In this document: in pieces, positions 25,268-37,905 of the stretch | How the letters are laid out: every line of letters starts with the position of its first letter | Numbering within the stretch: position 1 is the stretch's first letter | Source of the DNA: Macrostomum lignano | Lineage: Eukaryota | Reading direction: 5' to 3' | Length of the DNA: 64,000 nt | Assembly: GCA_002269645.1 (NCBI GenBank) | Contig: NIVC01001239.1 | Location: 1-64,000, forward strand | Position numbers and translations under genes: made by a program | Notes under the pieces: model-generated | The model's input: the letters and a program-made list of their open reading frames with translations, nothing else | Told to the model about the DNA's origin: nothing | Database searches by the model: none

Positions 25268-26389
25268 GTAAGAGTAATTTTGGTTCGAATTCTTTGACGA
25301 CAAAGGCTTTCTCAATCCTTGCTCAAGGGGTCAGCGAAAGGTGGACGGTCATTTCATCGAAAACCTTTTCGTCAGTTATTCGTCATTTCGGAAAGTAACT
25401 GTGTGCATGCTTTGAAAGTTGGATTTTAATAAATATTTTTAAATCATAAATTTGATGAATGATGCCTTGTTAAAACAGGTCAGTATCGGAAAGTAACTGT
25501 ACGAGTACCTGTTGTTTTAAAGTGAAGTGTTTCTAAGAAAAATCACGTATATTCAAATACCTGGGGGAATCCAAGGACTGTACTTACGATGAGCACTGGA
25601 TCTGCCTCCTATAAAAAGCAATAACAAGTTTGTGCTAAAGAAATGAAAATCTCCTATCCGTAATTTTTTTCGGAAAACCTGCCTCCTAAAATTTTCCAAG
25701 AAACGAGGTTAACCGTCCAACTTGAGTAGTCTTTGGGGGAACCGTGTTGCATTATTTTGATCATCTGATTGCAAAAAATATTCATTACAACTTACTTAAT
25801 TATGCTTTTTCCTCTTAATTTTTTACACTAGTATCAGTCTAAAGTATTTACTTCAATTTAACTTTGAAATTACGCTCATGACTACTTTTTACCATTTGAC
25901 GAAATTTTCCACATTGGTTTTCTCATTATTATTAATTTAATCTAAACCCATGTGGAGACACGTTGCAGGAATAAAAGTCTCTCGGAAACTTCTGTTCAAG
26001 TATATGTAAAATAGCTACACTGTGTAGATTTGAAAGTCAATCTAGTTTTATAAAACATCAAAGAGATCTGCCGACCCGATTATAGAACTGTTCAACTGGG
26101 GCTGACACTAAAACCTTATCAACTAAGTAAGAATGTAATTAAGAATGCACAGGTGCCTCGCGCTGGTGCTACCTGACGAAACGGCTAACCAAAAACGTGT
26201 TTATCCAACTAACTAAAGAATTGCATTAATTATCGCATTACAATTTGGATACAAGCGCGTTGGGGCAAGAAAGCTTAAATTAGGCATAGCCAACTACCTA
26301 GGGGTGCAAATACAATCTGCTATCAGTTTATTCGTAGTTATTTTTTTCCAATTAAAATGCAACACTCAATGCTGAACTCTCGCTTACAG

Positions 26390-26498
26390 ATCCAAGGACT
26401 GGCAGTCACAACCGACCGAAATTTTTATGGAAGGCAAAGAGAAAGTTTTGAGTGTCAAATCGAACTCAAACCTGTTGAGGACATTTCCGATTGTAATG
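26390..26498 (+). CDS. PDX2: PDX2 exon 3
   Basis: IQGLAVTTDRNFYGRQRESFECQIELKPVEDISDCN (RNxxGRQxxSF motif); ttacag/gtgag. Confidence 0.93.
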
Positions 26499-26545
26499 GT
26501 GAGAGTATGGAGCGGTTTCAAATAGCAAATTAGATCAATTCTTTA

Positions 26546-27252
26546 TCTGGCGCCTCAATTCCTCATCTGGCGCGTCACTTCCTCATCTGGCGCGTCACTT
26601 CCTCATCTGGCGCGCTAATTCTTAATCTGGCACCTCAATTCCTCATCTGGCGCGTCACTTCCTCATCTGGCGCGCTAATTCTTAATCTGGCGCCTCAATT
26701 CCTCATCTTGCGCCTCAATTCCTCATCTGGCGCGTCACTTCCTCATCTGGCGCGCTAATTCTTAATCTGGCGCCTCAATTCCTCATCTGGCGCGTCACTT
26801 CCTCATCTGGCGCGCTAATTCTTAATCTGGCGCCTCAATTCCTCATCTTGCGCCTCACTTCCTTATCTGGCGCCTCACTTCTTCATCTGGCGCCTTAATT
26901 ACTCATCTGGCGCCTCAATTCCTCATGTGGCGCCTCAGTTGCTCATGTGGCGCCTCACTTTCTCATCTGGCGCCTCACTTCTTCACATGGGGCCTCACTT
27001 TCTCATCTGGCGCCCTAATTCTTCATCTGGCGCCTTAATTACTCATCTGGCGCCTCAATTCCTCATGTGGCGCCTCAGTTGCTTATGTGGCGTCTCACTT
27101 TCTCATCTGGCGCCTCACTTCTTCACATGGGGCCTCACTTTCTCATCTGGCGCCCTAATTCTTCATCTGGCGCCTTAATTACTCCTCTGGCGCCTCACTT
27201 CTTCGTCTGGCGCCTTATGGCACCTCAGTTCCTTATCTGGCGCCTCACTCCT
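26546..27252. repeat. 20-bp minisatellite filling PDX2 intron 3
   Basis: Unit ctggcgc(c/g)tca(a/c)ttcctcat with higher-order blocks. Confidence 0.92.
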
Positions 27253-27372
27253 TAATTCGTAATCTAAATATGGGACATACGCTCGTATATAATGTCATCA
27301 CAATAAACATCAGTTAACTTAAGCGAATATGCTTCTAAATTTAAATCAATATCCAATTAACCGATTCTGCAG

Positions 27373-27584
27373 AATCTTTTCCTGGAGTGTTCATTCGAGC
27401 GCCAAAAATACTCAGCGTTGAAAAGCCAGAGTCCGTTCGCGTACTCGCCACGGTCAACTCCTATCCCGTTGCGGTGGCCCAGGATCGAATCCTTGCCTGC
27501 AGCTTTCACCCGGAGCTCACGGAGGACCCACGGCTGCACCTGGTGCTGCTGAAGATAGTTCTGAGGAGCAAGGGCGAGCTTTAG
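27373..27584 (+). CDS. PDX2: PDX2 exon 4
   Basis: (E)SFPGVFIRAPKI...ILACSFHPELTEDPRLH; catalytic His-x-Glu (FHPE); TAG stop. Confidence 0.95.
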
Positions 27585-27766
27585 CTTGACTCACATTTTT
27601 GTCTTGCAATGGGAACTGTTTTTGTTAGTTACATTGCAAGCCTGCATCGGGACGTTGGATTTTGCACTTTTATGATAGCTAAAATATTCTCAAATAAAGT
27701 TATCAAAATCCGCATTTTTTAGACTTGTTTTTTTATTTAAAGTTATCGAATCAGATTTTCCGGTAT

Positions 27767-27793
27767 GTCTTAGTGTCTGTCTTAGTGTCTTAG

Positions 27794-27866
<73 letters not shown>

Positions 27867-27870
27867 GTGT
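27767..27870. repeat. (GTCT)n microsatellite
   Basis: Tandem GTCT preceded by gtcttagt variants. Confidence 0.9.
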
Positions 27871-28279
27871 TGTCTATTCTCGTCTATTCTATTGCCAATA
27901 TCTATTCTCACTTTACAAAATGACAGTCATTGCAAACAGAAATATCTTTACCATATTAGGACGATACACCATCTGAATTTTTTCGCGTTCCAATTCATCC
28001 GAATCCCATATCTGGGTTACTCCAACGTCTGTCTAGAGGTGAAGCAGGTGCATGATGCCCAATGTGCCATGTTGGTCGTGATTAACATCTGTCTCAGCAG
28101 CAACTCTTCATGGTAGATTGAATCGTGCAGCATTTGATGCAAACAATGGAACGAAAATTGCATTCAATCAAAGCTTCCAGCCGGTTGAATGACCCCAGTG
28201 AATGGTGCTCAAGAATCTCATTAATTTTTGCCTCTTTTGCTGCTCATATAAAAAGAGCATTTTTGAGGGAATGAGATGA

Positions 28280-29264
28280 ATGAGAAGATTTTTGGCTTCG
28301 ATCTCAGTAAGAATCATGGCGGACTATTGGACTTTGGCTAGCAACAGGAGTTCGTTGGGAACGGTGTCTCCGACGTCTTTTCCTACAGCCGACTGGGACA
28401 CCCACGGCAGAGTGGTGCCGCTAACTGTGCTGCTCGTTCTGCTCATCTTCATCATAGTGTTTGGCAACAGTCTGGTCGTTCTAGCCGTGTTCTACGAAAG
28501 GCGCCTAAGGCTGCCCAGTAACTACTACGTGGTGAGCCTTGCAGTGGCGGACCTGGCCATTGGAATCGCGGTTGTGCCAATATCGGCCGTGTACGAAATC
28601 GCAACCCGTTGGCTCCTGGGACAGGCCCTCTGCAGGATGTGGATTAGCGCCGATATCACCTGTTGTACAGCGTCAATTATCAATCTGTGCGCCATCAGTT
28701 TTGATAGGTACCGAGCACTGTCGCAGCCCATGCTCTATCCGCAGTACTCGACTGCTAAGCGGTCCTGCATCACCATCACGGGAATCTGGGCTGCCTCTCT
28801 GGCCATCAGCACTCCCACACTGTTTGGAGTTGGCATTGAGAAGCGCCAATCTAATCAGTGCCTACTGGCTAAACGATCCCCGTTTGTAGTGTTCTCAGCC
28901 TGCGGCAGTTTCTTCATACCGCTCTGCATCATGCTAGTATTATATCGGCTGATTTTTAAAATAGCCAACAAACAGAGAAGAAAGATACAGCGCGGTCAGT
29001 CGGTTGGTTTCAGCCACTTGAACAACGATATGTACGCCGATAGCGGGTCTGAGATGTCGCTAAATCACAGTCCCTGTTTGCAATCAGCATCTGGTAGGCC
29101 GCTTTTGTTGAAGCAACAACAACAGCAGCAGCAGCAACAACAACAGCATCCAAATCGGCCTCACAATTTGCCCGCGTTAATCCTTCAGCGAGACTCCTGC
29201 GCCAGTTTCACAGGCATCGGAGTGCCGGCTTTTAAGAGTTCGCCTAAGGGGTCTGTGTCTTCAG
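28280..29264 (+). CDS. Aminergic class A GPCR (alpha1-adrenergic / octopamine-alpha / invertebrate dopamine-type group), exon 1: TM1-TM5 and ICL3
   Basis: FGNSLV, SLAVADL, WISADITCCTASIINLCAISFDRY (Asp3.32, DRY), FSACGSFFIP (Ser5.42/5.46); TCA G|gtgagc donor; start may be 28280 or 28316. Confidence 0.92.
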
Positions 29265-29589
29265 GTGAGCTCATGTTGACTATCGATTTTTAACAGGACT
29301 GGCAGTTATCAAAACCCAAGTTCCAATCCGCTTTAATTTGGGCGTCATTTAGAGTGTTTTCTTATATAAATTATTTTCGGATGACAAGACATTTCTGGCT
29401 TAGGAAATAGAGATTTCAATGTCGGAGCCAACGATCAAGTCTCTGATTTGAACTCAGAGAGTTCAAAAGCGGTCTCATCAGCAAGTTCACACTATTTGAG
29501 AGTGCTACTAAGAGAAATGGTTGTCTATGCTTCAAACTATGCTGCAACAATGCATTTAACTCAAAATTAATCCGATCCACCCGCCGCAG

Positions 29590-30047
29590 GAGACAGCATA
29601 GCGATTGCGTCGTCGTCGCACGCAGCCGCCCTCGCCCAGCAGCGACGCCAGAGCGGCAGGCGGCCCAAGCTGCTGGCCAAGAATCCGGTTGCTCAACGCC
29701 TCAGACGTCTCGGCTCGCACACGAAAGCCGCTAAAACTCTCGGCATTGTTGTTGGCGCTTTCGTCTTTTGCTGGGGTCCGTTCTTCTTCACTTACCTGCT
29801 GCACGGCGTCTGTTACTCCTGTCGAGTGCCGGACACCTTGGTGAAGTACTTCGTGTGGCTGGGCTACTGCAACAGCTTCCTGAATCCGATCATCTATCCG
29901 TGCTTAAACAAAGACTTTCGACGAGCATTTCGGAAGTTGTTAACGAGGCATTATTGCAAAAGGAAGTCGTTGGATTATTGGAATAGCAGACGGCAGTCGG
30001 TTACTCAGCTTATTAAGGCGTCGAGGCACCTGCGAGTAAGCATTCAG
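29590..30047 (+). CDS. Aminergic GPCR exon 2: TM6-TM7, helix 8
   Basis: cgcag|(G)DSIA...KAAKTLGIVVGAFVFCWGPFF...WLGYCNSFLNPIIYPCLNKDFRRAF; donors at 30036 (gtaagc) or 30048 (gtgagg), both phase 0. Confidence 0.92.
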
Positions 30048-30224
30048 GTGAGGATTGCAAAATAACTTCAATAAGTTTGTTAAAACTACTTCCAATAGTT
30101 TGTAGCGCACTATACTGCTTTCTAGTTTGTATGATTGTGATGAACGGACAATGTGGCTCTTACATTACACGTCCAATGTTTACTAGATGTTTTATGACTT
30201 CAACTGCTAATCCCCGAACTTCAG

Positions 30225-30553
30225 GACACTAACTACACCGGTTCATCGGGCACTCCGCCGGAATCGCCCTACAGTTCCAGCCGTTCGCCTAGCTTCTTTT
30301 CCAGTCGCTCCGGCTCGTTTCTGTCCCCAATGGACGCCCTAAAACGGTCGCGAGCCGACAGTCGCCAGTCGTCAGAGGACGACGGCGCGTCGGCTTACCA
30401 AGAGCTGCTGCCGGGCGGTCACTCTGCTTCCTGGCGACGCCGGCTGAGTAGTCGACGATCGAGCAGTCGGCGATTCTCGTTTCTGTCGTCGTCAAGTGGG
30501 TACACCTGTAATCGCACCGATCAGCGACTGTCGTGCGCGTCCACGGATACCAG
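30225..30553 (+). CDS. Aminergic GPCR exon 3 (Ser/Arg-rich C-tail)
   Basis: ttcag acceptor phase 0, open frame DTNYTGSSG...STDT(R), AG|gtggat donor phase 2; GC-rich exon-like composition. Confidence 0.7.
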
Positions 30554-30784
30554 GTGGATACTTTGTGGATATACAAGACTAATATTCACATTTTATCGGA
30601 TTTTTGTCCCGTTCATTGTATAGACACAGTTTTAATCAGACAACTATCGGGCTACGTACACAGTTCACTGAGGTACTGTACCCTATGACCCATAATTAGA
30701 CTTTCCAATCAGCTACCCTCTAAACAAAAGTTCAACAGAAAACTTTAAACACAAAGTCCCTTTCAACTCCGATTATCTTCTCAG

Positions 30785-32234
30785 ATCCACCGATATGACC
30801 GATAAAGTTGACGGTGGACAGGGCGGATCGAATCTTACATCGGCAGCAGCGGCGGCTGCAGCTGCAGCAGCTTCAACTCTCGGCGGCGGTGGCGGTGGCG
30901 GAGGCAGCGGCGGCGGAGGCTGCAGCATCGACAGCAAAGATCCGGGCTTGAGCTCCGGTGTGTACTTCCATCATCATCACCAGCCCTTGCATCGCAGGCA
31001 GAGCAGTTTGAAGATAATACAGAAGCAGCAGAAGCACCAGCAACAGCAGCAGCAGCAGTACCATCCATCTCAGGCTTCGGCTAGTTCAACCGCCTATCAG
31101 CACCATCATCAGCAGCAACATCAGCGTCACCATCAGGAAGATCCAGACGCAATCATCTGCGAAGACGACGATCAAGAAAGCCAGCAGCTGCAACAGCCGG
31201 ACCAGCCTGTTAAGAAGAGAAAATCTCGAACCAACAGTCTACCGGCAATATTCGAGAAAATCGAAGTAAAGCTCTGGCAACGACGTCGGACTAGAAAGTC
31301 AAAAAAGATCCGCGACTGGCTCGCCTCAGACCAGTCGTCTACTGGAGTCAAGGACACCACGTCCTCGGTCACTGACATCAGCGACTCGGACGCTTTCGAC
31401 GATTCCGGGCCGCACGTCGGTTCGCGCATGAAAGAATCGGCGCTGTTCCACCACCCCATCAGACAGGCCAGCCATCCGGCCTGCGGCATGACCCGCCGGA
31501 ACACGGTCAGCGGAAATCGCCCAGAGCCACACCGACGACCGAGCCTGCTGGTCAACGACACGCTGATTGACTTCAACAACAGCCAGGACCATCGGCTCAG
31601 CATCTACACCATTGAAGAGAGTCCGCGCCGGGAGAGCGGCTCCTCCTGCAGCGGCTTCAGCTTCTCGCGCACCAGCGGCTTCCGTCTGGACAAAGCCGCA
31701 GCTTCATCTAGCGGTGGCGGCGGCGGTGGCGGCGGAAGCAGCACAGGGGGCGGCTTTGACCGTGAGGGCAGCGAAGTGTCGCAGGGCTCGCAGGGCGACG
31801 TCAGCGGCCAGACGAGTCCCAGATGCGGCCGGACGGCAAAGCGCGAATCGCTAACTGTCGAGTCCGTGTGGAGCCGAGTCAACAAGCAGCGACCAAGCGC
31901 CGATTCCAGCAACTCGTCGGCTAACGGTCACGAGAGGACGCCGAGCCCGTCGCAAAGTGTCATCAGTCAGAGCAGCGGCTTTGGTCTAGAGCATCTGTAC
32001 AGCGGCTCCAGTCCAGGTGGCGGCACAGGTGGAGGCAGTGGCGGCGGCGGAGCCAGCGGCGTCGGGTTCAACATCAGCCCGCCAGCGAGCAGCAAGACCA
32101 GCGCTGTGGTTGAATACGCGGACGGAGCAACGCAGACGGACGATCTGATTGAATGTCAGGCGAATCAGGACAGCGCCACGGAGCCCATTGCCAATCCCGT
32201 GTGCTACTTTGTTTACGAAGAGTCGTTCGTGTGA
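30785..32234 (+). CDS. Aminergic GPCR exon 4 (482-aa disordered tail ending YEESFV)
   Basis: cttctcag acceptor phase 2 is in frame with the 30795-32234 ORF; polyA/G/Q/H tracts, many RRxS/T sites. Confidence 0.7.
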
Positions 32235-32278
32235 GACTGGGAGACCTGTTTAAAAGGAGGCAAGTTCATACATCAAGA

Positions 32279-32550
32279 AAGTCAACCCACCCGTTCTTAA
32301 GTCAATCTTCCTTTTCTGAAGTCAATCCAAAAGTCAACCCACCCGTTCTTAAGTCAATCTTCCTTTTCTGAAGTCAATCCACCTGTTCTGAAGTCAATCA
32401 ACCTGTTCTGAAGTCAATTAACCTGTTAAAAAGTCAATTAACGTGTTATAAAGTAAAATTACCTGTTCTGAAGTCAATTAACCTGTTCTGAAGTCAATTA
32501 ACCTGTTTTGAAGTCAATCCACCTGTTCTAAGTCAACCCACCTGTTCTGT
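32279..32550. repeat. 20-bp minisatellite just downstream of the GPCR stop
   Basis: Unit aagtcaattaacctgttctg. Confidence 0.85.
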
Positions 32551-33124
32551 AAAAACACATGCAAGTTCCAGTAAGTTTTTTTCTAACTAAGTGTACATTA
32601 AATAAAGTTCGTAATAGCTACTAAAAAGTTTGCTTATATTCTGTATATAAAACGTAACTAAAAATCCATATACTAAAAATTAATCACTTAAAATTTACTT
32701 ACCTTGTTACCCTTAGACTGTTATCATATATATTTATTCAAGAAGTATTGCACCTCATATTCCATTTTCGTATCGTTATTTGAATGAACTTTATGATAAA
32801 AATGCGAATACACTACTTAGAGTAAAATTGATTTCTAGAACCAAACGTTCTATTACGTTTTATTCCATGGTCTTGCTTACCTTTCGTTGACTGACTAGCT
32901 GTAGGTCAAATATTGAATTATTGACAGCATCTATACATGCGAATACTAACGACCCTTCCGTTCGTTCCTCTGCTTCGTCCAGCTATTTTTATCGTCGATA
33001 ATTTTTTTAGCAATCAGAATTTGAGTTACAGATGGAGGGGGCTGTTATTAACTTAGAACTTTTTGAGAAAATGTGGGAAGACACCGGCACGCAAGTATGA
33101 GTATGCATTTTGGAACACCAAGAT

Positions 33125-34620
33125 TGTGTCTGTAACACCAAAGAAAATGTTTTTTTCTTAGAATTCCTGTCTGTAAAACCCATGTGATAGTGTCTGTGTC
33201 ACCAATATGATAGTGTCTGTGTCACCAATATGATCGTGTTTGTAAAACCAATATGATCGTGTCTGTAACACCAATATGATCGTGTTTGTAAAACCAATAT
33301 GATCGTGTCTGTAACACCAGTATGATCATGTCTGTAACACAAATATGATCGTGTCTGTAACACCAATGTGATTATGTCTGTAACACCAATATGATCGTGT
33401 CTGTATCACCAAGATGATCGTGTCTGTAACACCAATATGATAGTGTCTGTAACACCAATATGATCGTGTCTGTAACACCAATGTGATAGTGTCTGTATCA
33501 CCAATATTATCGTGTCTGTAACACCAATATGATCGTGTCTGTAACACCAATACGCTCGTATGATCATGTCTGTAACAATAATGTGATCGTGTCTGTAACA
33601 CCAATGTGATTATGTCTGTAACACCAATATGATCGTGTTTGTAAAACCAATATTATCGTGTCTGTAACACCAGTATGATCATGTCTGTAACACCAATATG
33701 ATCGTGTCTGTAACACCAATGTGATTATGTCTGTAACACCAATATGATCGTGTCTGTATCACCAATATGATCGTGTCTGTAACACCAATATGATCGTGTC
33801 TGTAACACCAATATGATCGTGTCTGTAACATCCATTGTGATCGTGTCTGTAACACCAATATGATCGTGTCTGTAACACCAATATGATCGTGTTTGTAAAA
33901 CCAATATTATCGTGTCTGTAACACCAGTATGATCATGTCTGTAACACCAATATGATCGTGTCTGTAACACCAATGTGATTATGTCTGTAACACCAATATG
34001 ATCGTGTCTGTATCACCAAGATGATCGTGTCTGTAACACCAATATGATAGTGTCTGTAACACCAATATGATCGTGTCTGTAACACCAATATGATCATGTC
34101 TGTATCACCAATATGATCGTGTCTGTAACACCAATATGATCGTGTCTGTAACATCCATTGTGATCGTATCTGTAACACCAATATGATCGTGTCTGTATCA
34201 CCAATATGATCGTGTCTGTAACACCAATATGATCGTGTCTGTAACACCAATATGATCGTGTCTGTAACATCCATTGTGATCGTGTCTGTAACACCAATAT
34301 GATCGTGTCTGTAACACCAATATGATCGTGTCTGTATCACCAATATGATAGTGTCTGTAACACCAATATGATCGTGTCTGTAACAGCAATATGATCGTGT
34401 CTGTATCACCAATATGATCGTGTCTGTATCACCAATATGATCGTGTCTGTAACACCAATGTGATCATGTCTGTAACACAAATGTGATCGTGTCTGTAAGA
34501 TCACTATGATCGTGTCTGTAGCACCAATATGATCGTGTCTGTAACACAAATGTGATCGTGTCTGTAACATCCATTGTAATCGTGCCTGTAACACTAATAA
34601 TTGTGTCTGTAACACCAAAA
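33125..34620. repeat. 23-bp minisatellite (~1.5 kb)
   Basis: Unit atatgatcgtgtctgtaacacca. Confidence 0.95.
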
Positions 34621-35253
34621 TTGAGTCTATACTACTAAGATTGTGCTTTTAACGTCAAACTAAAGTGACGTACATTTCAAAGCTGAAAATCATGTGACAG
34701 ACAGACTCAGGCTGTTGTATCGCTGATGGCTCGGGCCAATACACTACATTAGTGACCCTTGTTCAGTGTGTGATATAGTTTGTTTATAAATTCATACACA
34801 AAAAGTCTCTAGTTGTCATTCATGAATAAGTTTCTCCCATGGTAAAGATAATGAGACATGATACGACATTAAAGCTAGACCCAGCCCTATGGAGCCGCTA
34901 TCCAACAGAATCAACAACTGTCCCATTTGAGCCTGAGAGCCAATCAAGGAACCGGGTACAGAGCCCACAGCCCACAGAAGCCACTAGCATGCGTCTCACT
35001 CAAGCAACTCAACAATTTCTCATATAAAAAAGCAACAAATAGCGTGCTAGCTTATAGCTTACCAAGGCATTGCCAGTTTCCCTGTCGCAGGATTGTTAAT
35101 AATTCAATTCTAAAAAAGCTTTCTAGTTGGCAGATAGACCGACAGACGGTGAGAGAGGGACAACAAGTAATCTACCGCTTTAGAAGTGTCTGCTAGAGCG
35201 CCACCATAATTGTTCTTTTAACGAGGACTGCTTTACGTCGCCCTGCTAACAGA

Positions 35254-35772
35254 ATGCTCCAGCGGTACAGATGCTTTCTGTTACTTAGAGTCTGCTTTTG
35301 CCTGATCATAGCATTGAAGACGTCATCAACCGCCAATGGATTGTCGTTCGATCAGCAGCCGTCGACGCAGCGCATGAACATCACCGGTGACCTGCTGCTG
35401 GGCGGTCTCTTCCCCATTCACGAGTCGGGGCCGGCTGAAGGGCCTCGGTGCGGGAAGATCAGCGAGAATCGGGGCATTCAACGGCTGGAAGCCATGGTGT
35501 ACGCTCTCCGGCTGGTCAATGAGAGGCGTAGCAAGTTGGGAATGCCGTTGCTGGGAGCTAAACTACTGGACACCTGCACTAGGGATACTTACGCACTGGA
35601 GCAGAGCATGGACTTCGTTACCGACCACCTCAGCTCCTTGGACGCCTCCTACGAGCATCATTGCCCGCAGTCTGCTTCCAGACTAAAGACCAGGCAGCCC
35701 GTTGCTGGTGTCATTGGAGCTGCTGACTCCTCAGTCAGCATCATGATTGCCAACATCCTGCGGCTGTTCAAG
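35254..35772 (+). CDS. Metabotropic glutamate receptor-like class C GPCR, exon 1 of 8 (predicted 1048 aa)
   Basis: Signal peptide; GDLLLGGLFPIH, RGIQRLEAM, LDTCTRDTYALEQS, GVIGAADSSVSIMIANILRLFK|gtaagc. Confidence 0.95.
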
Positions 35773-35782
35773 GTAAGCGACT

Positions 35783-35898
<116 letters not shown>

Positions 35899-36313
35899 TT
35901 TACAAAAAGTACAAAAGTACTTTTTATTCGCAAAAATGAACAAAAGGCTAATGATTGACAAAATGCATAACCAAGCAACATGAAGAACAGCTAAGTGCAG
36001 CTGATGGACAGTTCATTGATCTGTTGTGCACAGAAATGGGCGTATTCCAAACCCTTCCTTACCTATTTTATTTCATATCACTTTCTCTCCAAAGTCGTTC
36101 AAAAAACTGTACCCTACAGATGCATTTTAGTGACTCTCAAATTCATCTGCTGAGCAGTGAGAACAGGTGCAGCTCAAAACTGACCCCGCCCTAAAGCAAT
36201 GCGACTGAGCAGCGGTCTGGGTATAGCGGCTTTTGAACGCACGCAATGACTGCTGATGAGCCACTGATAAGGACAAGCTGGTTGAGCTGCCTGGCAATGA
36301 CTAGCCATTTTCT

Positions 36314-37905
36314 GCCTCACTCTCTCCCTCACTCTCTCCCTCACTCTCTCCCTCACTCTCTCCCTCACTCTCTCCCTCACTCTCTTCCTCACTTTCTCCC
36401 TCACTCTCTCCCTCACTCTCTCCCTCACTCTCTCCCTCACTCTCTCCCTCACTCTCTCCCTCACTCTCTCCCTCACTCTCTCCTTCACTCTCTCCCTCAC
36501 TCTCTCCCTCACTCTCTCCTTCACTCTCTCCCTCACTCTCTCCCTCACTCTCTCCCTCACTCTCACCCTCACTCTCTCCCTCACTCTCTCCCTCACTCTC
36601 TCCCTCACTCTCTCCCTCACTTTCTCCCTCACTCTCTCCCTCACTCTCTCCCTCACTCTCTCCCTCACTCTCTCCTTCACTCTCTCCCTCACTCTATCCC
36701 TCACTCTCTCCCTCACTCTCTCCCTCACTCTCTCCTTCACTCTCTCCCTCACTCTCTCCCTCACTCTCTCCTTCACTCTCTCCCTCACTCTCTCCCTCAC
36801 TCTCTCCCTCACTTTCTCCCTCACTCTCTCCCTCACTCTCTCCCTCACTCTCTCTCTTACTCTCTCCCTCACTCTCTCCCTCACTCTCTCCCTCACTCTC
36901 TCCCTCACTCTCTCCCTCACTTTCTCCCTCACTCTCTCCCTCACTCTCTCTCTTACTCTCTCCCTCACTCTCTCCCTCACTCTCTCCCTCACTCTCTCCC
37001 TCACTCTCTCCCTCATTCTCTCCCTCACTCTCTCCCTCACTCTCTCCTTCACTCTCTCCCTCACTCTCTCCCTCACTCTCTCCTTCACTCTCTCCCTCAC
37101 TCTCTCCCTCACTCTCTCCCTCACTCTCTCCCTCACTCTCTCCCTCACTCTCTCCCTCACTCTCTCCCTCACTCTCTCCCTCACTTTCTCCCTCACTCTC
37201 TCCCTCACTCTCTCCCTCACTCTCTCCCTCACTCTCTCCCTCACTCTCTCCCTCACTTTCTCCCTCACTCTCTCCCTCACTCTCTCCCTCACTCTCTCTC
37301 TTACTCTCTCCCTCACTCTCTCCCTCACTCTCTCCCTCACTCTCTCCTTCACTCTCTCCCTCACTTTCTCCCTCACTCTCACCCTCACTCTCTCCCTCAC
37401 TCTCTCCCTCACTCTCTCCCTCACTCTCTCCCTCACTTTCTCCCTCACTCTCTCCCTCACTCTCTCCCTCACTCTCTCCCTCACTCTCTCCTTCACTCTC
37501 TCCCTCACTCTATCCCTCACTCTCTCCCTCACTCTCTCCCTCACTCTCTCCCTCACTCTCTCCCTCACTTTCTCCCTCACTCTCTCCCTCACTCTCTCCC
37601 TCACTCTCTCTCTTACTCTCTCCCTCACTCTCTCCCTCACTCTCTCCCTCACTCTCTCCTTCACTCTCTCCCTCACTTTCTCCCTCACTCTCTCCCTCAC
37701 TCTCTCTCTTACTCTCTCCCTCACTCTCTCCCTCACTCTCTCCCTCACTCTCTCCCTCACTCTCTCCCTCACTCTCTCCCTCACTCTCTCCCTCACTCTC
37801 TCCTTCACTCTCTCCCTCACTCTCTCCCTCACTCTCTCTCTTACTCTCTCCCTCACTCTCTCCCTCACTCTCTCCCTCACTCGCTCCCTCACTCTCTCCC
37901 TCACT
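36314..37905. repeat. 12-bp polypyrimidine minisatellite (CACTCTCTCCCT)n, ~1.6 kb
   Basis: More than 100 units with recurring variants. Confidence 0.95.

Noticed and set aside
22401-27584. Bacterial or fungal contamination as the source of PDX1/PDX2
   Set aside because: Seven spliceosomal introns, host-type minisatellite and polyQ-like insertion, contiguous with animal genes; HGT origin remains open but contamination is unlikely
33125-34620. Regular 22-23 bp repeats (also 41.8k, 45.5k) resembling CRISPR arrays
   Set aside because: Head-to-tail units with no unique spacers, no cas genes, eukaryotic context
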